Source: Bacteroidales bacterium (GTDB taxonomy: Bacteria; Bacteroidota; Bacteroidia; Bacteroidales; VadinHA17). From it: DNA of 64,000 bases. Made by a program: the position numbers and the translations under genes. Below, in pieces: positions 56,126 through 64,000 of the stretch (the first letter of the stretch is position 1; every line of letters begins with the position of its first letter). The notes under the pieces are model-generated. The model did not search any database and was not told the origin of the DNA. It was given only the letters and a program-made list of their open reading frames with translations. The stretch lies in assembly GCA_049512815.1 (NCBI GenBank), contig JBEKWS010000016.1:52249-116248 (forward strand). The letters are read 5' to 3'.

Positions 56126-57443
56126 AAAAGGGGCAAATATAGATCTTGTCTTCAGGAACGGGCTTAAAGATTTCGAGGTACTTCCGCCACCTGGAGTATG
56201 GGATAGTATTCACCCTGCTCTTAAAATTAAATCTCGTCCGGTCATACTGCTGAGGGTTGCAGCAGTGATAACTGTTCTGCTGACAGTGAGTTTTTTTACT
56301 TACAGATCGAGCAGAGAAATGTCAACCGAAGCTTCAAATTCTGTAATGGCTTTTAATGAGGAGGCTTCTTCTCCTGTTATTTCTCCGCAAATTGACGGAC
56401 CACAGAATTTGACGATTTTAAAGCATAACCAGGTTAAAAACTCCTCTGATGTCCTGATAGAATCTAGTAACACCGATAACATTATTAATGAAATTGAAAA
56501 GACTTCTTCTCCTGAAGAAGTTATTTACCCTCAGGAAACTAAAAGTTTATTATTGACAAATAGTCAATCGGTGCAAGGTCCATTTCTGGCATCTTTGAAA
56601 ACTTCTCAGGGGAATTCATTTAAGATTAAGGAACATGATCTGCAATATTTTCCTGAAAATATCACTGCTAAGCATGAGAACAGGTGGTCTATAGCAGCTA
56701 TGGCTTCGCCAACATATTATTCGAGGTTCAATTCAGGTAGTGATGAACTTTCAAAGCAGCTGATGGCTTCGGAACAACCTCTTATTTCATATTCCGGAGG
56801 TGTAGCTTTTTCTTATAAAATCAGTAAAAGATTCAGCATACAGTCAGGTCTTTACTATTCCTCTCTTGGTCAGAAAGTGGACGGAGTAAATTCTTTCAGT
56901 GGATTTCAGAAGTATGTCAATTCCAAAGGTGGCCCTAACTTTGAAGTATCAACCACAAATGGTACAATTTATACAAATAATCCTGATGTTTTCCTCGTCG
57001 CAAATGGTACAGGAGAGAAGGTACTTACAGCTTTCACAAATGATGTATTTGATCCAAATAAAGCGAATCTTCAGTATATTAACAATACGCTTATCCAGAA
57101 TTTCAGTTACCTAGAGTTCCCGGTTGTCTTAAGATATAAGGTTATCGATAAAATGATTGGCATAAATCTCATCGGAGGATTATCATATAATCTATTGGTC
57201 AATAATTCAGTATACACTACAATTGATGGCAACAAATATCCGGTAGGAGATACTAAAATACTAAATCCTCTTACTTTAAGCAGCTCATTGGGGATGGGTA
57301 TGGAATACAACTTCTCAGAAAAACTTTCTCTTAACCTGGAACCAACCTTCAGATATTATTTGAATCCATTCGGTGGTACAACAGGTTCAAACATTCATCC
57401 ATATTCCTTTGGGATCTTCTCCGGGGTTTCATATAAGTTTTGA
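56118..57443 (+). CDS. Putative anti-sigma factor with TM helix and C-terminal outer-membrane beta-barrel
   Basis: Overlaps the sigma stop; N-terminal FRNGLKDFEVLPPPGVWDSI, hydrophobic helix about aa 43-60, polar linker, barrel ending GVSYKF. Confidence 0.75.
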   Translation: MDEKGANIDLVFRNGLKDFEVLPPPGVWDSIHPALKIKSRPVILLRVAAVITVLLTVSFFTYRSSREMSTEASNSVMAFNEEASSPVISPQIDGPQNLTILKHNQVKNSSDVLIESSNTDNIINEIEKTSSPEEVIYPQETKSLLLTNSQSVQGPFLASLKTSQGNSFKIKEHDLQYFPENITAKHENRWSIAAMASPTYYSRFNSGSDELSKQLMASEQPLISYSGGVAFSYKISKRFSIQSGLYYSSLGQKVDGVNSFSGFQKYVNSKGGPNFEVSTTNGTIYTNNPDVFLVANGTGEKVLTAFTNDVFDPNKANLQYINNTLIQNFSYLEFPVVLRYKVIDKMIGINLIGGLSYNLLVNNSVYTTIDGNKYPVGDTKILNPLTLSSSLGMGMEYNFSEKLSLNLEPTFRYYLNPFGGTTGSNIHPYSFGIFSGVSYKF

Positions 57444-57560
57444 GACCTAACCAACCTTCTCTTTTTTCTCAATTGTTTCCTATCCCTATTTTTTGCTTTT
57501 TGACATTAATTATCCAATTAAATTACCCTTACTAGAATTATTTTTCAGGTGCAAAAATGT

Positions 57561-57568
57561 TACCTTTG
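57561..57568 (+). promoter_or_regulatory. -7 promoter element upstream of SLT-uvrA
   Basis: TACCTTTG. Confidence 0.6.
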
Positions 57569-57596
57569 CACTTTATTTCTAAGAATCTGAATTATT

Positions 57597-58586
57597 ATGA
57601 CAAATCCGAACAGAAAAACGATACTTACTGCATTTGTTCTGACCGGCACAATTATTATCATTCTTTCAATTGCTGAGGGTTTTAAAAGTTTTGACAGCAA
57701 TCCGGGAAGGAAGCAACAAGCATTGGATACAATTTATAATATAAAAGCATTTAAGTTGCCTGATAATGTGACATTTGCAGGAGAGAAAATGCCTCTCAAC
57801 AACTTTGATACCAGGGAAAGTCTTGAACGCGAGATACTGACAAGTGCTTACAGACACTCTTCAACTATCCTAATTATAAAGAGGGCAAACAGGTACTTTC
57901 CGATAATCGAAAAAATTCTGAAAAAAAACAATATTCCTGATGATTTCAAATATCTGGCAGCTGCCGAAAGTGAATATAGTAATATGGTTTCTCCTGCCGG
58001 TGCTACCGGATTCTGGCAGATAATGCCTGAAACAGGCAGGGAAGAAGGATTGGAGATCAACACTGTTGTTGACGAACGATATAATGTTGAAAAGTCCACG
58101 CAGTTCGCATGCGATTACTTTCTGAAATCCTATGAAAAATATGGCAACTGGACCCTGGCTGCTGCTTCATATGATGGCGGAAGAGCTGCAATTGATGACC
58201 AGATAGATATTCAGCATCAGAATAACTATTACGATCTTCTGCTAAGCGAAGAAACTGCAAGATATATATTCAGAGCTGTCGCATATAAACTAATCATTAC
58301 AGATCCGGAAAAATACGGATTTAAACTGGGTAAAGATGACCTATATCCCGAAATGAAGTATTTTGAAGTAAAAGTTGATAGTGCTATTACCGATTTTTCC
58401 ATTTTTGCCGGGGAATTCGGGACAAATTATAAAATGTTAAAACTTTTGAATCCCTGGCTGAGGAAGCCATTCCTGACCCCAATACCGAACAAGGAGTATT
58501 TTATTAAAATTCCTTCAGAGGGGATGAGAAATTTTGAAAAAACAGAAACTGAGAACAGATCTTTTGAAGAGGAAAAGTCGAGATGA
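57597..58586 (+). CDS. Lytic transglycosylase (SLT domain)
   Basis: YLAAAES (catalytic Glu), [23 protein letters not shown]. Confidence 0.88.
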   Translation: MTNPNRKTILTAFVLTGTIIIILSIAEGFKSFDSNPGRKQQALDTIYNIKAFKLPDNVTFAGEKMPLNNFDTRESLEREILTSAYRHSSTILIIKRANRYFPIIEKILKKNNIPDDFKYLAAAESEYSNMVSPAGATGFWQIMPETGREEGLEINTVVDERYNVEKSTQFACDYFLKSYEKYGNWTLAAASYDGGRAAIDDQIDIQHQNNYYDLLLSEETARYIFRAVAYKLIITDPEKYGFKLGKDDLYPEMKYFEVKVDSAITDFSIFAGEFGTNYKMLKLLNPWLRKPFLTPIPNKEYFIKIPSEGMRNFEKTETENRSFEEEKSR

Positions 58587-61402
58587 ATGAGGAGATAAAA
58601 GTCCTTGGAGCCAGGGTCCATAATTTACAAAATATTGATGTTACTATTCCGCGAAATAAACTGGTTGTAATTACCGGTCTAAGCGGCAGCGGAAAATCAT
58701 CCCTGGCATTCGATACAATATATGCGGAGGGTCAGAGGCGATATATGGAAACTCTTTCAGCATATGCCCGTCAGTTTCTGGGAGGTATGGAACGCCCTGA
58801 TGTAGATAAAATAACAGGGTTAAGTCCTGTAATATCGATAGAACAGAAAACCACAAATAAAAATCCACGATCAACTGTTGGGACAATTACTGAAGTCTAT
58901 GATTTTCTAAGACTTTTATATGCCAGGGCTTCCGAAGCATATTCGTATGCATCCGGTGAAAAGATGGTCAAATATACGGATAACCAGATACTTGAACTTG
59001 TAAAGAGTCGATTCTCGGGAAGAAAAGTGCATTTTTTGGCTCCTGTGGTAAAAGGGAGAAAAGGACATTATAAAGAGTTATTTGAACAGCTAAGACGAAA
59101 AGGTTTCCTTCATGTTCGCATTAACAATGAAATCAGGGAACTTACTTCCGGAATGAAACTCGACAGATATAAAACCCATTATATTGAACTTGTAATTGAT
59201 AAGTTCAGGGTTGGAGATACAACTGATAAAAGACTCAATGATTCAATTCTTATGTCCCTTGATCAGGGAGACGGGGTGATGATGGTCCTGGATACGGAAA
59301 ATAATGAACCCCGGTATTTCAGTCGTCACCTCATGTGCCCCGTTACCGGATTATCTTATAACGAACCCGCACCACATACTTTTTCTTTCAACTCCCCGCA
59401 GGGGGCGTGTCCCCATTGTAATGGACTGGGTGAGGTATCAAGTATTGATGAAGAGAAGCTTATTCCCGATAAAGAGCTTAGTATTAGAAAAGGCGGCATC
59501 GAGCCTCTCGGAAAATACAGGAATATCTGGATCTTCTGGCAGATCGAAGCGATAGCGGAAAAAAACGGATTCACTCTGGATACTCCGATAAAAGAAATTC
59601 CTGAAGATGCTCTCTGTAAAGTGTTATATGGCTCAGATGAAGTACTTAAATTATCTAATACACCGTTGGGCATGAGTTCCAACTATTTTTTGACGTTTGA
59701 AGGTGTTGTTAATTTTGTCGGGAATATTGAAACAATAAACGGCAAGAAAAACGGAACCAGAATTAAGGACCAATATGTGCAATATAATATTTGCCCCGAA
59801 TGTCAAGGTACACGACTGAAGAAAGAATCACTGTTTTTCCGGATAGCTGATAAAAATATCGGAGAGCTCTCCGCAATGGATATCAAAGAATTATCTCTGT
59901 TCCTGGCTAACATCGAAGAGAAGATGACGGGGAAACAAAAGTTAATTGCTGCTGAAATTCTTAAAGAGATAAGAGCCAGAATTGGTTTTCTGCTTGAGGT
60001 GGGATTGGAATATCTCTCACTGAACAGAGGTGCAAGAACTCTTTCTGGAGGTGAAAGCCAGAGGATCAGACTTGCTACTCAGATTGGTTCAAGACTGGTT
60101 AATGTACTCTATATTCTTGATGAACCGAGCATCGGACTCCATCAGAGGGATAACCGGCGCCTGATAGCCGCATTGAAACAACTCAGGGATGCAGGAAACT
60201 CAGTAATTGTAGTCGAGCACGACCGGGAGATGATTTTGTCGGCTGACCACGTAATTGACATGGGACCTGGTGCGGGACGGCTTGGAGGCCTTATTGTTGC
60301 TCATGGAAATCCTGAAGAACTGATGAAATATGATACTCTTACCGCTTCATATCTTAATAATAAAAAGAAGTTTCATATTCCTGAAAAGAGAAGAAAAGGG
60401 AATGGAAAATTTCTGAGTCTTTCAGGTGCTTCAGGACACAACCTTAATAATGTGGATGTTACACTGCCTCTTGGGACTTTTATTTGTGTTACAGGAGTGT
60501 CGGGAAGCGGTAAATCATCTCTTATTAACCAGACTCTTCATCCTGCTCTTGCAAAAAGATTCCATAATTCCGGTAAATCACCGTTGCCATACAGGGAAGT
60601 TATCGGGCTGGAACATCTTGACAAAGTTATTGAGGTAAGCCAGTCACCAATTGGTAAAACACCTCGTTCAAATCCGGCTACTTATACCGGTGTCTTCACT
60701 GATATACGGAAACTTTTTGAACAGACAACCGAAGCTAAAATACGCGGATTCTCTGCAGGAAGATTCTCTTTTAATGTAAAGGGGGGGCGTTGTGAAGGAT
60801 GCGAAGGAGCAGGCATGAAAACCATCGAAATGAATTTTCTGCCGGATGTTTACGTTCATTGCACCGAATGTAACGGGAAACGTTATAACCGCGAAACACT
60901 TGAAGTTAAATATAAAGGTCAGTCCATCAGTGATGTTCTGGAAATGACAATTAATAGCGCAGTAGAATATTTTGCAAATGTACCTTCAATCTATCATAAA
61001 ATAAAAACACTTCAGGATGTTGGCCTCGGCTACATCAAGCTTGGTCAACAATCCACAACCCTTTCTGGCGGAGAGGCACAACGTGTTAAACTGGCGACTG
61101 AACTGGCCAGACGGGATACCGGCAAAACACTTTATATCCTCGATGAACCAACAACTGGTTTGCATTTTGAGGATGTCAGAGTATTGCTCGATGTGTTGAA
61201 TAAACTTGTTGACAGAGGCAATACTGTTATCGTAATTGAGCATAACCTTGATGTAGTTAAAATGGCTGACTATATAGTAGATATTGGCAAAGAAGGAGGG
61301 AAAGCCGGAGGCAATATTGTATTCTCGGGACCGCCTGAAAAACTTGTGGGATGTTCTGAGAGCTATACAGGAAAATATCTTAAGCCAGAACTTAAGGCAT
61401 AA
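58583..61402 (+). CDS. uvrA: Excinuclease ABC subunit A
   Basis: [14 protein letters not shown], two ABC cassettes, zinc-finger CxxC pairs, LSGGEAQR. Confidence 0.97.
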   Translation: MNEEIKVLGARVHNLQNIDVTIPRNKLVVITGLSGSGKSSLAFDTIYAEGQRRYMETLSAYARQFLGGMERPDVDKITGLSPVISIEQKTTNKNPRSTVGTITEVYDFLRLLYARASEAYSYASGEKMVKYTDNQILELVKSRFSGRKVHFLAPVVKGRKGHYKELFEQLRRKGFLHVRINNEIRELTSGMKLDRYKTHYIELVIDKFRVGDTTDKRLNDSILMSLDQGDGVMMVLDTENNEPRYFSRHLMCPVTGLSYNEPAPHTFSFNSPQGACPHCNGLGEVSSIDEEKLIPDKELSIRKGGIEPLGKYRNIWIFWQIEAIAEKNGFTLDTPIKEIPEDALCKVLYGSDEVLKLSNTPLGMSSNYFLTFEGVVNFVGNIETINGKKNGTRIKDQYVQYNICPECQGTRLKKESLFFRIADKNIGELSAMDIKELSLFLANIEEKMTGKQKLIAAEILKEIRARIGFLLEVGLEYLSLNRGARTLSGGESQRIRLATQIGSRLVNVLYILDEPSIGLHQRDNRRLIAALKQLRDAGNSVIVVEHDREMILSADHVIDMGPGAGRLGGLIVAHGNPEELMKYDTLTASYLNNKKKFHIPEKRRKGNGKFLSLSGASGHNLNNVDVTLPLGTFICVTGVSGSGKSSLINQTLHPALAKRFHNSGKSPLPYREVIGLEHLDKVIEVSQSPIGKTPRSNPATYTGVFTDIRKLFEQTTEAKIRGFSAGRFSFNVKGGRCEGCEGAGMKTIEMNFLPDVYVHCTECNGKRYNRETLEVKYKGQSISDVLEMTINSAVEYFANVPSIYHKIKTLQDVGLGYIKLGQQSTTLSGGEAQRVKLATELARRDTGKTLYILDEPTTGLHFEDVRVLLDVLNKLVDRGNTVIVIEHNLDVVKMADYIVDIGKEGGKAGGNIVFSGPPEKLVGCSESYTGKYLKPELKA

Positions 61403-61445
61403 GAATTTAATTATATTTGAGTTGATTAATTTTATCGAAACCAAA

Positions 61446-62156
61446 ATGGAAAAACCTGCTGATCTAATAAAAGATGCTTTTGAACAGAAAACCTGGCATG
61501 AAATTCACACAACAGATTCATGGAGAGTTTTTAAAATCATCTCTGAATTAGTTGAGGGTTTTGAAAAACTTGCCCGGATAGGTCCCTGTGTTTCAATTTT
61601 CGGTTCTGCACGGACACAACTTAATAATAAATATTATACTCTGGCTGAAGATATTGCATTCAAACTGACACAGAATGGATATGGGGTCATTACCGGCGGC
61701 GGACCGGGCATTATGGAAGCAGCAAATAAAGGAGCTACCCGGGGAAAAGGCAAATCTGTAGGTATAAATATTGATCTTCCTTTTGAACAACATCCGAACC
61801 CATATATCGATTCAGATAAACTGATAACTTTCGATCATTTCTTTGTCAGAAAAGTGATGTTCATGAAGTATGCACAGGGTTTTATAGTTCTTCCGGGAGG
61901 GTTCGGAACATTCGATGAACTCTTTGAGGCTATAACTCTTATCCAGACCAGGAAGATCGGGAAATTTCCAATAATACTTGTAGGAAAGAAATACTGGAGC
62001 GGACTGATAGATTGGATTAAAGAGGAGATGCTTGCTGAAGAACATAATATATCACCTGAGAATCTGGACCTGTTTACCCTTGTTGATACTTCTGATGAAG
62101 CCGTGGATTATATTGTAAAGTTCTATTCAAGATATCTTCTCAGTCCCAACTTCTGA
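61446..62156 (+). CDS. LOG family protein (TIGR00730-like)
   Basis: SIFGSAR, TGGGPGIMEAAN, PGGFGTFDE; start set to ATG at 61446. Confidence 0.9.
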   Translation: MEKPADLIKDAFEQKTWHEIHTTDSWRVFKIISELVEGFEKLARIGPCVSIFGSARTQLNNKYYTLAEDIAFKLTQNGYGVITGGGPGIMEAANKGATRGKGKSVGINIDLPFEQHPNPYIDSDKLITFDHFFVRKVMFMKYAQGFIVLPGGFGTFDELFEAITLIQTRKIGKFPIILVGKKYWSGLIDWIKEEMLAEEHNISPENLDLFTLVDTSDEAVDYIVKFYSRYLLSPNF

Positions 62157-62615
62157 TCAAACCTTTCTCATCCTATCCATTTCCCTGGTTGCATCTTTGC
62201 GTTTGAGGGTTTCGCGTTTGTCGTATTCTTTCTTGCCTTTTGAGATAGCAATTTCGGCTTTTGCCAGACCTCTGTCGTTGATAAAGACTTTAATGACAAT
62301 GATAGTCAAACCGGTCTCTTTGATTTTTCTTTCAATTTTCCTTAACTCACGGGCTTTGAGAAGAAGCTTTCTCTCGCGGAAAGGATCATGATTATTAAGA
62401 TTACCCCACCAGTATTCTGCAATGTGCATTCCCTTAATAAAAAGCTCTCCATTGCTGAAAAAGCAATATGAGTCGGCAAGAGTGGCTTTCCCTAGTCTAA
62501 GTGATTTTATCTCGGTTCCCGAAAGAATGATTCCTGCCATAAATTTTTCGATGAACTCATAATCATGAGAAGCTTTTTTATTTTTAATGACGATATTGTT
62601 GGCCCCACCTTTCAT
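62157..62615 (-). CDS. smpB: SsrA-binding protein
   Basis: NKKASHDY, GTEIKSLR, RKLLL, KGKKEYDKRE. Confidence 0.96.
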   Translation of the reverse strand: MKGGANNIVIKNKKASHDYEFIEKFMAGIILSGTEIKSLRLGKATLADSYCFFSNGELFIKGMHIAEYWWGNLNNHDPFRERKLLLKARELRKIERKIKETGLTIIVIKVFINDRGLAKAEIAISKGKKEYDKRETLKRKDATREMDRMRKV

Positions 62616-62709
62616 AATCTTTAATAAGAAAATCAGATTTAAATCCAGGTAAAATTAAGTAAATTAATGGTATATTGCTTGTCCTGTCGGAATCATAAAA
62701 AATGCGACT

Positions 62710-63660
62710 GTGGAATTGAAGTCATTTTATGATTTATTAGTAATTACAGGGCCCACTGCATCAGGTAAAACAGCCCTGGCGGCTGCTATTTCATATAGGG
62801 TGGAAGGTGAGATTATCAGTGCTGATTCCCGCCAGGTTTACAGGGGCATGAATATTGGTACCGGGAAAGACTATAATGATTATCTGATTAATGGCATACG
62901 CATTCCCTGTCATCTGATTGATATTGCTGATCCGGGTTATGAATATAATGTATTTGAATATCAACGCGATTTTATCAAAGTTTATTTAGATTTGAAGAAA
63001 CGAAAAATTTTCCCGGTTGTCTGCGGAGGTTCTGGTATGTATGCCGATAGTATAATAACAGGATACAAAATGTTTGAGGTACCTCCTGACAGTGGACTGA
63101 GAATTGAACTTGAGAAAAAATCAATGGAAGAACTCAAAGAGATATTGTCAACTTATAAGAACCTTCATAACATAACAGATATAGACACTAAGAAGCGGGT
63201 TATAAGGGCAATTGAAATTGAACATTTCAACCAGAACAAGGCAAAACAAAAAAGTGAATTTCCAAAAGTCAAACCTCTTGTTGTCGGCATAATGTTCGAT
63301 AGAGATTCCAGGCGAAAAAGGATAACAGAAAGGCTTAGGCAACGTCTTGAATCAGGAATGGTTGATGAAGTGAAGCAACTAATAGATATGGGTATAAACA
63401 CTGAGACTCTGATTTATTATGGTCTTGAATATAAGTTTATTACACTATATCTAACCGGGGAAATTTCTTATGAAGAAATGTTTAAAGGTCTTGAAATCGC
63501 TATTCATCAGTTTGCCAAAAGACAGATGACATGGTTTAGAGGGATGGAGAGGAGGGGAATTAAGATTCACTGGATTGATGGAGAGCTGCCAATGGAGGAG
63601 AAGGTGGAGAAAGTAATGGAATTATTAACAGCTCGTAGTGGAATAGAAGAAAAGCCATAA
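62710..63660 (+). CDS. miaA: tRNA dimethylallyltransferase
   Basis: GPTASGKT, SADSRQVY, IGTGK, FAKRQMTWF. Confidence 0.9.
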   Translation: MELKSFYDLLVITGPTASGKTALAAAISYRVEGEIISADSRQVYRGMNIGTGKDYNDYLINGIRIPCHLIDIADPGYEYNVFEYQRDFIKVYLDLKKRKIFPVVCGGSGMYADSIITGYKMFEVPPDSGLRIELEKKSMEELKEILSTYKNLHNITDIDTKKRVIRAIEIEHFNQNKAKQKSEFPKVKPLVVGIMFDRDSRRKRITERLRQRLESGMVDEVKQLIDMGINTETLIYYGLEYKFITLYLTGEISYEEMFKGLEIAIHQFAKRQMTWFRGMERRGIKIHWIDGELPMEEKVEKVMELLTARSGIEEKP

Positions 63661-63687
63661 AGTAGAAAGTCAAAATACTTTATCTAC

Positions 63688-63741
63688 TTTACAGTCTTTA
63701 TAGCATCTAAATCCTCTACAGCCTTTATAGCCTCTACAGCA
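63688..63741. repeat. 9-mer tandem repeat x6 between convergent genes
   Basis: tttacagtc tttatagca tctaaatcc tctacagcc tttatagcc tctacagca. Confidence 0.65.
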
Positions 63742-63744
63742 TTA

Positions 63745-64000
63745 TTACTTAAGATATGCATCCAGCCACTCAAAGAATTCACGCTGCCAGATCACCGCAT
63801 CCTGCGGTTTTGTAACCCAATGACATTCATCCTCGAAGAAAAGCAGCCTGCTGGGAACGCCATGTAACTGCGCAGCCTGGAATGCCTCCAGACTCTGTGT
63901 ATACGGTATCCTGAAATCATTCGCTCCCGTAATTATTAGTATAGGTGTTGTCCACTTATCAACCATGAGGTGAGGAGAGAATTTATAGCTTGGAAGGTTT
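63745..64000 (-). CDS. S9 family (prolyl oligopeptidase-like) peptidase, C-terminal part
   Basis: FSPH..TPILIITGANDFRIP (catalytic Asp) and EDECHWV (catalytic His); frame open to the window end. Confidence 0.85.
   Translation of the reverse strand, partial: NLPSYKFSPHLMVDKWTTPILIITGANDFRIPYTQSLEAFQAAQLHGVPSRLLFFEDECHWVTKPQDAVIWQREFFEWLDAYLK

Noticed and set aside
1-64000. Genome-wide TAG reassignment (alternative genetic code)
   Set aside because: Several conserved genes end at TAG at expected lengths, and only tdk has an internal TAG.
1-64000. CRISPR array, tRNA/rRNA/tmRNA, transposase or prophage genes
   Set aside because: No regularly spaced 25-45 nt repeats with unique spacers, no RNA gene signatures recognised (including next to smpB), and no integrase, transposase or phage ORFs.

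Overview
AT-rich chromosomal segment from a Bacteroidota (Bacteroidales-like) bacterium. The assignment rests on recurrent TAnnTTTG -7 promoter boxes, a T9SS-CTD protein, GldB, the MurF-Alr fusion and the DUF1573-meaB pair. About 55 genes, mostly housekeeping: thpR, pcm, gcvP, ddl, lemA-TPM-TPM, rluD, mqnE, rpmH, rsmG, tgt, ispE, dnaB, rsmI, tdk, murF/alr, nadE, meaB, znuACB, lpdA, uvrA, smpB, miaA. No rRNA, tRNA, CRISPR, prophage or intact transposase was seen. Two short real genes missing from the ORF track were added (rpmH and a 2[4Fe-4S] ferredoxin). Most notable observations: (1) a 3.3-kb cluster of damaged genes (a DUF5686-type gene with three apparent internal deletions, a 48-aa remnant upstream of rsmI, and tdk with one in-frame TAG before an intact C-terminus); (2) several families of nested palindromic and short-period intergenic repeats; (3) an orphan protein with ADP-ribosyltransferase-like motif spacing; (4) an ECF sigma coupled to a predicted trans-envelope anti-sigma/beta-barrel protein; (5) a UroD-fold enzyme lacking known catalytic motifs paired with a lipoprotein oxidoreductase; (6) a propeller-Omp85 protein with a degenerate peptidase domain. 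No clear-cut new system is proven from sequence alone. Product calls come from motif recognition, not database searches.
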